The notes under the pieces were generated by a model. The model ran no database searches. It saw only the letters and a list, made by a program, of their open reading frames with translations, and was not told where the DNA came from. The position numbers and the translations under genes were made by a program. From a virus, in IMG/VR virus record IMGVR_UViG_3300029845_000021: a stretch of DNA of 47,644 nt. The stretch is one strand, 5' to 3'. This document shows, in pieces, positions 16,490 through 26,762 of this stretch; the stretch's first letter is position 1, and every line of letters starts with the position of its first letter.

Positions 16490-19400
16490 AGTCTTTTTAT
16501 TTTACGTTTCAAATTCTTGTAACTTTCAATCGTATTTCCGTCGCCATCCACGTAAACCCGTCGTCGGTTCTGTTCCTTAATTTCCCTTACATCATCCGAC
16601 AAATTGCGTAAATCCGGGCTTTGTCCGGTAACGTTTAACGTCAAACCGTCGCCGTCTGAATAGGATTTTAAATACTTATGTGCAAACGTACCATTGTTTA
16701 GCGAATTGATAACGTCCGGTATTATCTTTCTGAAACGGCGTGAACTTCGTTTATTTATCACGGCGAAAAATTCGCCTCCCTCGGCACGTCGGCGGGTTCC
16801 GTCCGGTTTCGTTCCTAAATCAATATCATTTCCGCTTTGGTGCGAACCGCCCTCCAAAAGTTCAACGGTACCGTCGCCGTATGTTTCCGTTCCTCCGGTT
16901 CCTCCGGTCTGTTTTGCCAATTGCGCCGCCTTGATTTTAGACGCTGCAAAACTCGCCCACATTACGGCAATTGCAGGTATTGCAAACGGGAAACCTAATT
17001 GCGACCATATCAGCGCCGTTGCTGTTACCATGTTTCCGATTTGCTGCAATGTTTGTATTGCTGCCTGCTGTTTTTGCGCTTTCTGTTGTTCTTTCAACGC
17101 TTTTTCTTGGTTTTTCTTTGCCAAATCCAACTCCTTTTGCGCTTGTACAACATTATTGGCGTACCCGTTTGCCCTTGCTTCCAATTCTGCATCCAACGCC
17201 GATTGTGCGGCGGAAACCTCTTTATCCGCTTGCTCAACGGCTGCATCTGCTGCGGCAACACGTGCCGCCGTGAATGTATTTAACGCATCCAATGCGTATT
17301 GCATAGACGTATTAATTGCCTCTTTTTGGTCGTCGTCCAAATTAAGCCCAAACAAACCGTAAATGTCTGTTCCTCGTTCCTCCCCTTTGGATTGCTCAAT
17401 TTCTTGGTCTATTTTTTTAATAGTGTTTTGAATTGTTTGTACCTCAACATCAGACAATTTATTGGCGGCTTGCTGATTTAATTCTAAAACCTTTTGCAAA
17501 CGTTCCTTTTCTGCTTGCAAACGGAATTGAGTTTTCCGGGCTTCTGAATTTCTCAACAAATCAAACTCCGATTGTGCCAACGCTTGTTGTTGGTCGAATA
17601 TCTGTAATTGCGCTTGCAAATATTCGTCCACAATTCCGGCTCCCTTTGCGTCAAAACTTGCATTAATCGCCCCGGCGTCTTGCTGTTGCCCGGTCGGTTT
17701 CTGTTGGTTCTGTAATAATGCGGTTTGTCTTTCGTTTTCCAACAACTGCATCCGCAATTGTCTTTCCTGCTCGCTTCCCTTTTTGACTGCTTGCAAACGT
17801 AATTCAATGCTTTCTTTCTGCAACGCCAATTCCTGCAATTGTCGGTCTTGTTCGATTTTCAATAATGCCTCGGTTTGTTGCTGTTCCAACGCCGTAATTG
17901 TGGCGTTTATCGCTTGGCGTCCGGTTTCGTTCAAATCCTTTTCGGTCTGCAATTGGTGTTGTAAATCCTCAATTTGGCGGGAATACTGATATTGCGTTTG
18001 TTGGCGACGCTTTGCCCATTCGTCGGTTTCCAACTGCAATTGTGCATCCTGCAATTTTCGGGTTGCTTCCAAATTCTTTTTATATGCCGCCTCAATTTGT
18101 TTTGCTTGCTGTTCTGCTGCCTTTTCCGCATCGCTTTTACCCCTCGGCGTTACGGTTGGGTCCTGTGTTGTTACGGGTTTGTTCCCGGTCGGTTCTTTTG
18201 GCGTATCTCCTACGGAAACGGGGATTGTTATCGGCTTTATTTTCTTTTGCATATCATCCAACCCCTCTTTGAAATTTTGGGTAATGTCCTTTACTTGTGC
18301 TTTTACCAAATTTCCGTATGCGGCTGCATAATCTGACAACCCTTTTTTAACGTCGTCAAAATCCAACGTAAACGCTCCCTTTAATGCGGTTCCGGTTGCT
18401 TTGACAATATCAATAAAGAATCCAAACAAATTTCCCAACGTGTCAAATGTGGTTTTAAATCCGGCAACTATACCGTTCCAAATGGCACGTATCAAAACAC
18501 TTTCATTGTACAACTCAATAAAGTAATTGACAACATCAATAACCCCTTTTATTATCGCCGTCAATCCTTGGTTAACAAAAACTTTTGCCTGCGTTGTCAA
18601 CGTTTCAAAATTTCCTCCGATTGCGTCAAACAACCCGGATAATGCGTTTTGCAACTCAATTTGGCTTTGCAATTGTTCCTCCTGCAATTGCGCCAAAACT
18701 CCGGCTTTCCCTTTTACTTCATCCATGTTTGTTGAAATATCTTTCAACGTGCGCAAATACTGCAATCCGGCGTCCTCTCCGGGTCCCCCGAATATATCTG
18801 CAATTGCAGCTCCGACCGTTGCCGCATTATCCGGCAATTCTGCCAATTTTGCGGAAACGTCTTGTATAACATCGAACGTTGTTTTGGTTCCGGTCTGCAA
18901 ATCTTTTTGAACTTGTTCCGACGAAATACCGATACCGTCCAAAGCCGCCGCCGTCGCCGTCGTCATTTCACGCAAACGCAAATTTGCCTCCTTAATTGCG
19001 TCAACGCCTTTGTCCGAAAAGATACCCATTTTGTTTGTTTGGGCTACAATCGCAACAAATTGGTCTGCTGATATTCCAGCCTCTTTGAAATATGCCGGGT
19101 ATTCTTTCAACGTGTCTAAAAATTCCCCGTTCGCATCGGCTCCGGACAAAAAACCATCCTTAACCAACTGCAATGCCTCATTTGCAGAAATACCAAATTG
19201 TTTTGATAATGCGTTTGTTGCAATCAATGTTTCCCGGAAATCTGCGCCGAACGAATCTGCGACGGCTTGCACCTCATTTCTAAACGCTTTCAAATCATCG
19301 CCACTTTTCCCGGTAAATTGTTGCGTCAATCTCGTTGCCTCAACTAACCCGGCGTTATAATCGTACCACCATTTAAACGCCGCACCCGCCGCCGCAATTC

Positions 19401-20151
19401 CGGCAATCGCCAAAAAAACCGGGTTTGAAAGTAATCCCAACAAAGTTTTTCCCAATGCTTTTGCCCCGTCGCCAATAGCTGTAAAAACGGCTTTACTTTC
19501 AGCCCCGCCACGTCCTAACGCCAAAAGACTTTCGCCAAATGCGCTATTTAAACCTAACGTTTCTTTTAATTTGTCGCCATACGCAATAATTGCGTCGGAC
19601 GCCTCCGTATAATTTCCGACGTTCAATTGAAATTTCCCGGTTGCTTCCTGCAAACGTTTCATTTCTTCGTATATTTCTTTGGTTTGTGCAACCAATTTTC
19701 GCCCCTCCTCGGTGTTTTCCCGTTCGGCTTTAGTCATGTTGTTTAAATAAATCTTATTCAATGAATATTGCGCCGATAAACGGTTATAACTACCCTCGGC
19801 GGATTGATTTATTTTCACAATCAGTTTATTAATTTGGTTCGCTTCCTGCTGTGCCAATTTTAACTCGGCTAACTTTTTGGCGTTCTCGCTTTCTGCAAAC
19901 GCCAAATCACGTTGCGCACGTGCCAAACGTTCCGCATCGTCTGCGGCTTTTTTGGTTGTCTTTCGCCCGTCCTCCGTTGCGCCGGAAACCTTTTTCAGAA
20001 TCTCCGCCAATTGTATTGCTTCGGCTTTGATATTTTTCAGCGCATTTGTATATGTGTCCGAAAGTTCATCCAATTGTTTTATCAAATCTGTAATCGAATT
20101 ATCCGGGCTTATTAAATCCGAATATTTGATTGGGTTGTTATTATCTGCCAT
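16486..20151 (-). CDS. Tail tape measure protein (1221 aa)
   Basis: Longest gene. It has extended coiled-coil Q/E/A/L-rich regions and central hydrophobic glycine-rich segments (LAIAGIAAAGAAF). Its position matches a tape measure gene. Confidence 0.85.
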   Translation of the reverse strand: MADNNNPIKYSDLISPDNSITDLIKQLDELSDTYTNALKNIKAEAIQLAEILKKVSGATEDGRKTTKKAADDAERLARAQRDLAFAESENAKKLAELKLAQQEANQINKLIVKINQSAEGSYNRLSAQYSLNKIYLNNMTKAERENTEEGRKLVAQTKEIYEEMKRLQEATGKFQLNVGNYTEASDAIIAYGDKLKETLGLNSAFGESLLALGRGGAESKAVFTAIGDGAKALGKTLLGLLSNPVFLAIAGIAAAGAAFKWWYDYNAGLVEATRLTQQFTGKSGDDLKAFRNEVQAVADSFGADFRETLIATNALSKQFGISANEALQLVKDGFLSGADANGEFLDTLKEYPAYFKEAGISADQFVAIVAQTNKMGIFSDKGVDAIKEANLRLREMTTATAAALDGIGISSEQVQKDLQTGTKTTFDVIQDVSAKLAELPDNAATVGAAIADIFGGPGEDAGLQYLRTLKDISTNMDEVKGKAGVLAQLQEEQLQSQIELQNALSGLFDAIGGNFETLTTQAKVFVNQGLTAIIKGVIDVVNYFIELYNESVLIRAIWNGIVAGFKTTFDTLGNLFGFFIDIVKATGTALKGAFTLDFDDVKKGLSDYAAAYGNLVKAQVKDITQNFKEGLDDMQKKIKPITIPVSVGDTPKEPTGNKPVTTQDPTVTPRGKSDAEKAAEQQAKQIEAAYKKNLEATRKLQDAQLQLETDEWAKRRQQTQYQYSRQIEDLQHQLQTEKDLNETGRQAINATITALEQQQTEALLKIEQDRQLQELALQKESIELRLQAVKKGSEQERQLRMQLLENERQTALLQNQQKPTGQQQDAGAINASFDAKGAGIVDEYLQAQLQIFDQQQALAQSEFDLLRNSEARKTQFRLQAEKERLQKVLELNQQAANKLSDVEVQTIQNTIKKIDQEIEQSKGEERGTDIYGLFGLNLDDDQKEAINTSMQYALDALNTFTAARVAAADAAVEQADKEVSAAQSALDAELEARANGYANNVVQAQKELDLAKKNQEKALKEQQKAQKQQAAIQTLQQIGNMVTATALIWSQLGFPFAIPAIAVMWASFAASKIKAAQLAKQTGGTGGTETYGDGTVELLEGGSHQSGNDIDLGTKPDGTRRRAEGGEFFAVINKRSSRRFRKIIPDVINSLNNGTFAHKYLKSYSDGDGLTLNVTGQSPDLRNLSDDVREIKEQNRRRVYVDGDGNTIESYKNLKRKIKRL

Positions 20152-20254
20152 ACGCCGATTGTTAAGTTATTTACGGGAAATTCCCCCGTCTGTTGCATTT
20201 TCTTTTCTCAAGTGTGTAATTTATCGCCTAAAAATAAAAACGCCGGAAATCGCC

Positions 20255-21028
20255 TTATTTTACCTTTTTTTGCTTGTTTGCTTTTTTGGCTTGTTCCTTG
20301 ATATACTCAAATGCGTTGTAATATTCCAAAACGGTAAATTTCTTTGGGTCAACATGCAAATTTTGGGACAATATCAAACACATATTTTCAAATTGTCTGT
20401 CATGCCTAATTTCCACGCTTTCCGACCCGGTAAACGTCTGCGGGTTGAAATAGGTTATCAACTCCGCCGTAATGTCGTCAATCTCTTTTGCGTCCGCCTC
20501 GGTTGCCCGACCGTCTATTATTGTGCGTAATACAACAATCGTTCTTTGTTTCAATTTATCGTAATACTCTTTCAATGTCGCATCATCGAACAACCGGGGA
20601 AAATACAAACGCAATTCATCGTCTATTTTTTTTTTAACCGCTTCCAAATGGGCGGTTATCTCTGAATTTGCAACGTCTTTAAAAAGACTCATTGTTTGTT
20701 GCAATCCATCATCTGACAAATCATTTCGGGGTTTACCATTTATTGATTTAACCAACACGGCAAAAGCCAAATGCCGGGGGGAAACCTCGGATTGAATGAA
20801 ATATATGTTTTGGCGCATATTTTCCAACTCAACGGTTGCCATGTTTGGCGTTGGGCTGTTCAAATAACGTATTACCTTTTCAATATGTCGGTCAAAATCC
20901 GATAAATCAGAACCAACCCCGGCGTCAACCAAAAGCATTTTGTTATACTTGTGGAAACGCAACATCGGCAATTCGTCTATACTATCATACAATACAACAT
21001 TATGTTTATTTATAATACATTCTTTCAT
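20255..21028 (-). CDS. Helical protein upstream of the tape measure gene (tail assembly chaperone candidate)
   Basis: The call rests on position only. No downstream frameshift-extension ORF was found. Confidence 0.5.
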   Translation of the reverse strand: MKECIINKHNVVLYDSIDELPMLRFHKYNKMLLVDAGVGSDLSDFDRHIEKVIRYLNSPTPNMATVELENMRQNIYFIQSEVSPRHLAFAVLVKSINGKPRNDLSDDGLQQTMSLFKDVANSEITAHLEAVKKKIDDELRLYFPRLFDDATLKEYYDKLKQRTIVVLRTIIDGRATEADAKEIDDITAELITYFNPQTFTGSESVEIRHDRQFENMCLILSQNLHVDPKKFTVLEYYNAFEYIKEQAKKANKQKKVK

Positions 21029-21029
21029 A

Positions 21030-21548
21030 TTATGCCCTCCTAAAACTATATCCTTTTGCGGTTTTCCTTTCCCCTTTTAAGCATTTACATATATTTTGGT
21101 GTGATATACCCAACTTCATACCAGCGATATTTATACTTTCAAATATTTGTATATTATCACCTTTTTTGCATATTATACGACAACTTCTCCCATGTCCTTT
21201 CCCACTTTCACAATATCTATAATCTCTTATTTTACAACGCCCTAAACTATCTGAATATTTAATATTTTCAGATTGCGTACACCATTCTAAATTATCAACG
21301 TTGTTATTAAGCGGGTTACAATCAATATGATTAACATTAGGCTTTAATTCAGAGTTAATAAGGAAATGCATTGCTACAAGTCTATGAATATAACACCACC
21401 GCTTACCATTAGCGTTGTATAATGCTACCGACAAATAACCCTTATTTGTTATTTTAGGTTTTAATATTCTACCTGTTTTATTTTTTACATTACCCATATT
21501 GCTAATATAATATGGGTAATCCTTAATTTTTACATATTCTTCATTCAT
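21030..21548 (-). CDS. Free-standing HNH homing endonuclease (NUMOD4 + HNH_3 + C-terminal HTH), inserted in the tail module
   Basis: YPYYISNMGNVKNKTGRILKP, VNHIDCNPLNNNVDNLEWCTQSEN and the C-terminal AGMKLGISHQNICKCLKGERKTAKGYSF. The gene is AT-rich. Confidence 0.8.
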   Translation of the reverse strand: MNEEYVKIKDYPYYISNMGNVKNKTGRILKPKITNKGYLSVALYNANGKRWCYIHRLVAMHFLINSELKPNVNHIDCNPLNNNVDNLEWCTQSENIKYSDSLGRCKIRDYRYCESGKGHGRSCRIICKKGDNIQIFESINIAGMKLGISHQNICKCLKGERKTAKGYSFRRA

Positions 21549-21802
21549 AGCAAAACACGTGTTATCATTGTACTACAAAAGGGAACGCCCAAAAATGAGA
21601 GGTTCCCGGTAAATATCAACGCAAAGAAACAAATCAAAACGCAAGTCCACCACGACAAACAGAAATCGCAATTAAACATCTTTGAAAAGAAATCGTTCCC
21701 GTGAATCTGTACCCATTCAATGACGCCCCATTTGCGTAATAACGTCAGCACAAAAGCCGCTATTAATGCGACAACAATAATGTTATAAATAAAATGTTCC
21801 AT
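21545..21802 (-). CDS. Small membrane protein (DUF1360-like CxxC...WW pattern)
   Basis: 85 aa with two or three TM helices and the motif CDFCLSWWTC. Confidence 0.55.
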   Translation of the reverse strand: MEHFIYNIIVVALIAAFVLTLLRKWGVIEWVQIHGNDFFSKMFNCDFCLSWWTCVLICFFALIFTGNLSFLGVPFCSTMITRVLL

Positions 21803-21805
21803 ATA

Positions 21806-22384
21806 CTACAATTTACATGTTTCTCCAATACTCAATTCGCCCTCAAACCGGAATCCGCCGAACGGGTGCATTAAAAATTGGTTTTCTATTTCATCCAACG
21901 AAAAGCCCCTGTAAATGTTTTCCGCCAATTCATAAACCTTTGTTATTTTCAAACGCCCATGTTTCAGCCAAAAGCCTCCGTTCAACACGTCCAATATTTG
22001 CCGCTTAACTGCTTCTTTGTTCCGGTCGCTCGCATCGTTGAATATCTTCCGGAAATCAAACCAAAAGATAAGGGAAAACGAGGTTTTTAGCCCTATTGAA
22101 ACGCCGGATTCCCAACTAACGTCCTGCGGGTCGTCAATCCAAAAAAACGAAAAATTCCCAATATTTGCATCCGGGGTTACTTCTATATAATCGTTTCGCC
22201 CTACATAAACGCACGGGGTAAAATAACGTTTCCGGTTCCCGTCATATTTAACAAGTCTTTCAGCCCGTCCAAATGCTTTGTCCAACCACGGTAAATTATC
22301 AACCAATCCGGTTTGTATATTTCCAATAATACGGTCTAATAATTCCGGGTTCGCAATTACCGGGGCTTTGTTATTCGCTGCCAT
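21806..22384 (-). CDS. Head-tail joining or tail protein (hypothetical)
   Basis: 192-aa ORF between the capsid and tail modules. It overlaps the upstream gene by 14 nt. Confidence 0.5.
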   Translation of the reverse strand: MAANNKAPVIANPELLDRIIGNIQTGLVDNLPWLDKAFGRAERLVKYDGNRKRYFTPCVYVGRNDYIEVTPDANIGNFSFFWIDDPQDVSWESGVSIGLKTSFSLIFWFDFRKIFNDASDRNKEAVKRQILDVLNGGFWLKHGRLKITKVYELAENIYRGFSLDEIENQFLMHPFGGFRFEGELSIGETCKL

Positions 22385-22832
22385 ATATCGTTTTTTTTGC
22401 CTCTGTTATTAAATCCGGGAAAATATAATGCCATATAAGGATTTTAATATTTTCGTCCGTTAAACCTAAAATTTGGCGTCCATACTTTTTTATTAATTCC
22501 TCGGTTTTCCAATCCGCCGCCTTAATTTCAAATTGTTTGTCGCCAACTTCCAAATAAAAGCTACTTTGAAAATCGCCCTCATCCCTTAACGTTACCCGGT
22601 TTGTAGGCTGTCCCTTTGCCTCTTTGATTGCAATTGTTACCGGGCTATACGGGGCGTAATCCATGATTGAAACGCCCAAACGGTTAACGCCTTGTTCAAA
22701 CAATTGTTCCTCGGCGTTCATATCTATTATATACGCCTCGTTGTCCCATATTATTTTTTGCACTAACCGCCCGGACGTTAATTCATCGTTGAACTTAACG
22801 ACCCGTTTTAATAAGTCGTCAATTTTTCCCAT
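22371..22832 (-). CDS. Head-tail adaptor / tail-completion-like protein (hypothetical)
   Basis: 153-aa ORF. The call rests on position, plus an RVTLRDEGDFQSSF segment reminiscent of morphogenesis proteins. Confidence 0.5.
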   Translation of the reverse strand: MGKIDDLLKRVVKFNDELTSGRLVQKIIWDNEAYIIDMNAEEQLFEQGVNRLGVSIMDYAPYSPVTIAIKEAKGQPTNRVTLRDEGDFQSSFYLEVGDKQFEIKAADWKTEELIKKYGRQILGLTDENIKILIWHYIFPDLITEAKKTIYGSE

Positions 22833-22881
22833 TTACAATTATTCTTTAAAATTATATACAACTTTCATTTGAAATTATATA

Positions 22882-24234
22882 TTAAACAGTTCTGTACCTA
22901 ACGCCATGATTGTTACAACTCAAACAAATGCGGTCTAATCCTTGCGTATCTAACCGCAAAGCCTCATACGCTTTTTTAAGGTCATAACCCAACCCGCCGG
23001 GACGAACCCCGGACGTATTGCCGTCCAACTCATACAGAATATCGGTGCGGCTTGCATTTGACTGATTGCGGTTAACCCTAACGTTGGGATTCATTGCTAA
23101 CGTTCGCAAACCTATTGCCGCAACCTGCCTTTGAATAACGGTTTGGAACATCTGCCGTTGCGAAATAATAAAGTCGGTCAAATCGCAACCAACCGTTATT
23201 TTGCAATTTAGCCCGTAATTGTGGGTATTTGTGTACATAGTATAAGCCACGTCCCATAATTCCGGGTATTGCTCGAATGTTTCCGGGGCGTCAACCTTAA
23301 ACGGGGAAACCTGCAAATACTTTGTCATTTCTCGCCATGTTTCGACGGAACCAATGTTGCACGTTCCGCACGGCTCCCGGCTCCAATCCTTAGATACGTT
23401 TATTGCTTCCATCCCGGCGGGTAATTCGTCTTGATTATAGCAAAGAAACCATGAACCCCCGGCGTTGTTTGCGTCGCTGATATACGGCAAATAACAATCG
23501 GTCAACGGGAACCATTGAAAGCCGCCATTTGTAACGGTAAAATCCAAATCGAATGTTTTTACCGGGTCAATCTGCGACGAATGAAATAAATACATTCTTA
23601 CCTTTCCGGTCGCTCCGGTCATTTGTAGCCCGATTTTCTCAATTTTGGTTGTTACCCCCATACTACGAACCGGAACAATTTCAAATCCTACTAATTTATG
23701 GGTATTTTGAATTGTAGCCCGGATTCTGCCGGAACCATCAAAAAACGTTTTTCTTTCCAATAAATTGCGGGTTTCCTTTTCCAACTGCTTAATCTGTGTA
23801 AAAGTCTGAACAACGGTTGCAATTCCGTTTAATGTCAGTCTTTCCAAAAAGTCAGAAAAAATGTTGTATGGTCGCCAATACGGGTTTCCGTAATCGTCCC
23901 GGCTGTAATCTTCGTTAAAATCGCTCGCCGTCGGTTCCTGCCCGGTATTATCTATTTTTGCAATCCAAAATATATTGTTATGCTTTACCTTTTGCCCGGC
24001 TTTATATGGCAAAATCAAATTCCATTCCGGGTATTGTAGCCCCCAATCGTCCGGCATTATTGCCTGCATATTATCCAACGTCAAAAGCGGGTGCGCACCT
24101 TGAAAGTACAACCCGCTTTCGGTCTGTGTCAAATGTTCATCAATGAATGTTTTCGGGTCGTATGATTGCTCCCACCCGCACACATTTTTTAACGCTTCGC
24201 ATATTTCATTTATTCTTATCATAAAAACGCCCAT
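22882..24234 (-). CDS. Virion protein (450 aa) with an N-terminal CBM5/12-like carbohydrate-binding motif
   Basis: EWNLILPYKAGQKVKHNNIFWIAKIDNTGQEP resembles the W..Y.aGd.V...g..y.A.w...G.eP chitin-binding-type motif. The gene directly follows the capsid gene. Confidence 0.55.
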   Translation of the reverse strand: MGVFMIRINEICEALKNVCGWEQSYDPKTFIDEHLTQTESGLYFQGAHPLLTLDNMQAIMPDDWGLQYPEWNLILPYKAGQKVKHNNIFWIAKIDNTGQEPTASDFNEDYSRDDYGNPYWRPYNIFSDFLERLTLNGIATVVQTFTQIKQLEKETRNLLERKTFFDGSGRIRATIQNTHKLVGFEIVPVRSMGVTTKIEKIGLQMTGATGKVRMYLFHSSQIDPVKTFDLDFTVTNGGFQWFPLTDCYLPYISDANNAGGSWFLCYNQDELPAGMEAINVSKDWSREPCGTCNIGSVETWREMTKYLQVSPFKVDAPETFEQYPELWDVAYTMYTNTHNYGLNCKITVGCDLTDFIISQRQMFQTVIQRQVAAIGLRTLAMNPNVRVNRNQSNASRTDILYELDGNTSGVRPGGLGYDLKKAYEALRLDTQGLDRICLSCNNHGVRYRTV

Positions 24235-24263
24235 TTATTTCCCATATTAGGAATTAAGATTGC

Positions 24264-24299
24264 AATAAATAAGGGGGCGGGGATAACCACCCCGTCCCC
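24264..24299 (-). terminator. Strong intrinsic terminator after the major capsid gene
   Basis: Minus strand reads GGGGACGGGG-TGGTTAT-CCCCGCCCC followed by CTTATTTATT. Confidence 0.65.
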
Positions 24300-24328
24300 T
24301 CGGTTAAATAATTGTTCCGTTTTCCGGC

Positions 24329-25441
24329 TTATGCGCTCACACCTCCGCCGGGAAATGCTGCGGCGTTGGTAACATATACAGGCATACCCAAAGGTTCATT
24401 TTGGTCGCGTGCTGCAATCTGTGCTTTGATAATTGGATTTGCAATTGTACTTGGGTCGCTATTATAAGCCACCAAAAAAGCAACGTCAACGCTAAATCCG
24501 AAATACTCCTTAACGGCGCACGTCAAATCTTCTGTTGCTGCTCCAACGGTTCCGCTTTGGTCGCCAACCGAAGTATAGTAATGTGAACCAACGGGCAAAT
24601 CAATCATCGGCAAACGTACAACGTCCCACTCATGGAAATTGGCACGTGTACGGCGCAATGCTTCACGGTCAACACGGGTTAACACGCCAATATTTCCATC
24701 CTCAACGGCAAAGAATGTTCCGTTCTGTCCGCTTTCGTTAGTTACGTTATTGGTGTAATGGAATTTCTTTCCGGCGTATTCCAACTGTTTGTTTACGTCG
24801 TTTGTCGCTCCATGCTGCGCCAACTTGCGAACCAAACTTTCGATTCCGGCGTTGCAAACGATATGCGGCATACGTGGGTAACAATTGGCTCTCATAATTG
24901 GGTCAATGTCGCCCAAAATTTCGGTTGCCATTTCCTTTTTAACCTTGATAACGTTACCGGAAAAGTCATAATTCAATTTGTCTTTCAATACCTGCGCTTT
25001 CTGTGCTTCCAACGCTGCAATTGCGCCTTTGTCTAACGCATCAGCCAACGCACGTGTATATTTTTCCATTTTACGGTAAAAGTCGTGTTCATACGAAATT
25101 TCATTGTTCGTATAAGCCGCCGGGACCATAGTAAAACCGATTGTGTATGTTGCCCACACAACGGTATAAAGTGCGGACGTATTTTCGTCGTCCTCAATTA
25201 CACATGAACGGACGTTGCCAACGGTAACATCGCCATCGTAATTGATAACCGGGATTTGCACGGTATTACCCATTGAGGCAAACGCCCTTTCCCTCAACTT
25301 TGGGTTAATAATGGAATTTGCGGCGTTGGTTTGCTCAATAAAGAAATCCAATGCGCCATACTCACACGGGCGGGTCATATTGCGGTCAAATTCCGGGTTC
25401 TGAACTCGCCAATTCTGTAATCTTGTTGCAATTAAACTCAT
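24329..25441 (-). CDS. Major capsid protein (HK97-fold candidate)
   Basis: 370 aa, directly after the scaffold-like gene and followed by a strong terminator. The call rests on position and size; it was not confirmed by search. Confidence 0.65.
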   Translation of the reverse strand: MSLIATRLQNWRVQNPEFDRNMTRPCEYGALDFFIEQTNAANSIINPKLRERAFASMGNTVQIPVINYDGDVTVGNVRSCVIEDDENTSALYTVVWATYTIGFTMVPAAYTNNEISYEHDFYRKMEKYTRALADALDKGAIAALEAQKAQVLKDKLNYDFSGNVIKVKKEMATEILGDIDPIMRANCYPRMPHIVCNAGIESLVRKLAQHGATNDVNKQLEYAGKKFHYTNNVTNESGQNGTFFAVEDGNIGVLTRVDREALRRTRANFHEWDVVRLPMIDLPVGSHYYTSVGDQSGTVGAATEDLTCAVKEYFGFSVDVAFLVAYNSDPSTIANPIIKAQIAARDQNEPLGMPVYVTNAAAFPGGGVSA

Positions 25442-25496
25442 AATGTTTTATTTTAAATTGTTATTAATGCGGGTTTACCCTTTACCCGTGGTTGTT

Positions 25497-26447
25497 TTAT
25501 CTCTCCGGCAATGCTGCAATATTGTTGTCTTTCCATGCTTGCGCCATTGCATCCTCAAACTCTTTGGAACCTGCGGTCATTCCCTGCGCCATCAGATTGT
25601 TACTAATTGCGTCGTATGCTTCAACACGTGTTTTGCATCCTGCAACGTCAATTACTACGCTACCGCCTGCGCCTCTACCTCCCGGCGGGATTGTTCCGCC
25701 TCCCGGCTGTTGGCGTCCTTTGTCAATTATTCCCATTGCGTCCAATTCACGGGTTAACAACTCGCCCGGCGTAAATGGGTTTAACTGATTGTTCGGGTTT
25801 CTCATAATCGCCCCGGTTTCGTCCTTAAACGCCAAAATTTTGCCGCCTTTGCCATCGTCGATATATTCCGGGTTCATTCCCTTGATTTTATCGTTAGCCT
25901 GCTGCAAAATAACCTTTGTTACACTTTCCGGCAAACCTGCCTTAAATTTAAGCCCTGCGGACGCTGTTTGCAATTCGTTGTCTATCTTAATGCCGAACAA
26001 CTCTTTGGCGTGGTTTTCTTTTTCTGCCTCAAACTTTTTGTTCAACTCTGTATATTGAGTTGTAACGTTTGCCAAATCTGCTTTTGCCTGCTTTAATTGC
26101 TTTGCGGTTTCTGCATCTGCTCCACCGTCGGCAATTACTTTTTCCAAACGGGTTTTCTCTTTTGTCAATGTTGCAATCTGTGATTCCAACCCGGTAACGC
26201 TTTCCGCTTTTGTCTTAAAATCTCCCAACACACGTTTTGCGTAATCGTATGTTTTTTCAGTTCCGTTTTTCTCAACTCCGGACGCTGCCAAAATATCCAC
26301 ATCCAAATTGCCGTAAATTTCCCCGGTTTTCTTTGCTATTACACTATTTTCGTCATTCTGTGATAACGTTGTAATTGCGTTAATCTGTTCGTCAGTCAAA
26401 CCGGACAAAGCCGCATTCGCTACCAAAATATCTCTTGTTAATGCCAT
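25497..26447 (-). CDS. Scaffolding protein candidate
   Basis: 316 aa with a long coiled-coil (TKEKTRLEKVIADGGADAETAKQLKQAKADLANV...), located just upstream of the capsid gene. Confidence 0.55.
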   Translation of the reverse strand: MALTRDILVANAALSGLTDEQINAITTLSQNDENSVIAKKTGEIYGNLDVDILAASGVEKNGTEKTYDYAKRVLGDFKTKAESVTGLESQIATLTKEKTRLEKVIADGGADAETAKQLKQAKADLANVTTQYTELNKKFEAEKENHAKELFGIKIDNELQTASAGLKFKAGLPESVTKVILQQANDKIKGMNPEYIDDGKGGKILAFKDETGAIMRNPNNQLNPFTPGELLTRELDAMGIIDKGRQQPGGGTIPPGGRGAGGSVVIDVAGCKTRVEAYDAISNNLMAQGMTAGSKEFEDAMAQAWKDNNIAALPER

Positions 26448-26465
26448 AATATTACCCTTTTATTA

Positions 26466-26738
26466 TTAACTCAAACTAAATACGATCAACGCTCCGGTAT
26501 TGCAATCTACCAACGCAACCTTATATGTTGGTGCCTGCGGTGTTGTTACGTCTTTCGACCATGCCAATACCTTTGATTTGTTTGTTACTTTTGCCGTTTC
26601 CGGTGTTACTACAATAACATCGTTAATCGTTCCGGCTTCAATACATTCTTTCAATTTCTTTTTTGCGGCTTCGTCTATCGTCGCAATTGGTTTCGTACTT
26701 GTAACAATCAAATTGTCCTGCTGTGCAATCTGTGCCAT
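26466..26738 (-). CDS. Hypothetical head-module protein (90 aa)
   Basis: ATG start with tight spacing in the head module. Confidence 0.5.
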   Translation of the reverse strand: MAQIAQQDNLIVTSTKPIATIDEAAKKKLKECIEAGTINDVIVVTPETAKVTNKSKVLAWSKDVTTPQAPTYKVALVDCNTGALIVFSLS

Positions 26739-26762
26739 ATCTTTATAATTTTTTGGTTTAAC

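Noticed and set aside
20264-20270. Perfect -1 slippery heptamer A AAA AAG in the correct frame, three codons before the stop of the gene upstream of the tape measure gene (G/GT-like frameshift?)
   Set aside because: The -1 frame terminates after only 18 codons (GKIRRFPAFLFLGDKLHT*). There is no extension ORF and no convincing downstream stem-loop. The A run is explained by the lysine-rich C-terminus.
20626-20635. T10 (A10 on the coding strand) homopolymer inside the 257-aa gene as a phase-variation or frameshift site
   Set aside because: It encodes KKK in frame, and no alternative-frame ORF of useful length follows. There is no evidence beyond the homopolymer itself.
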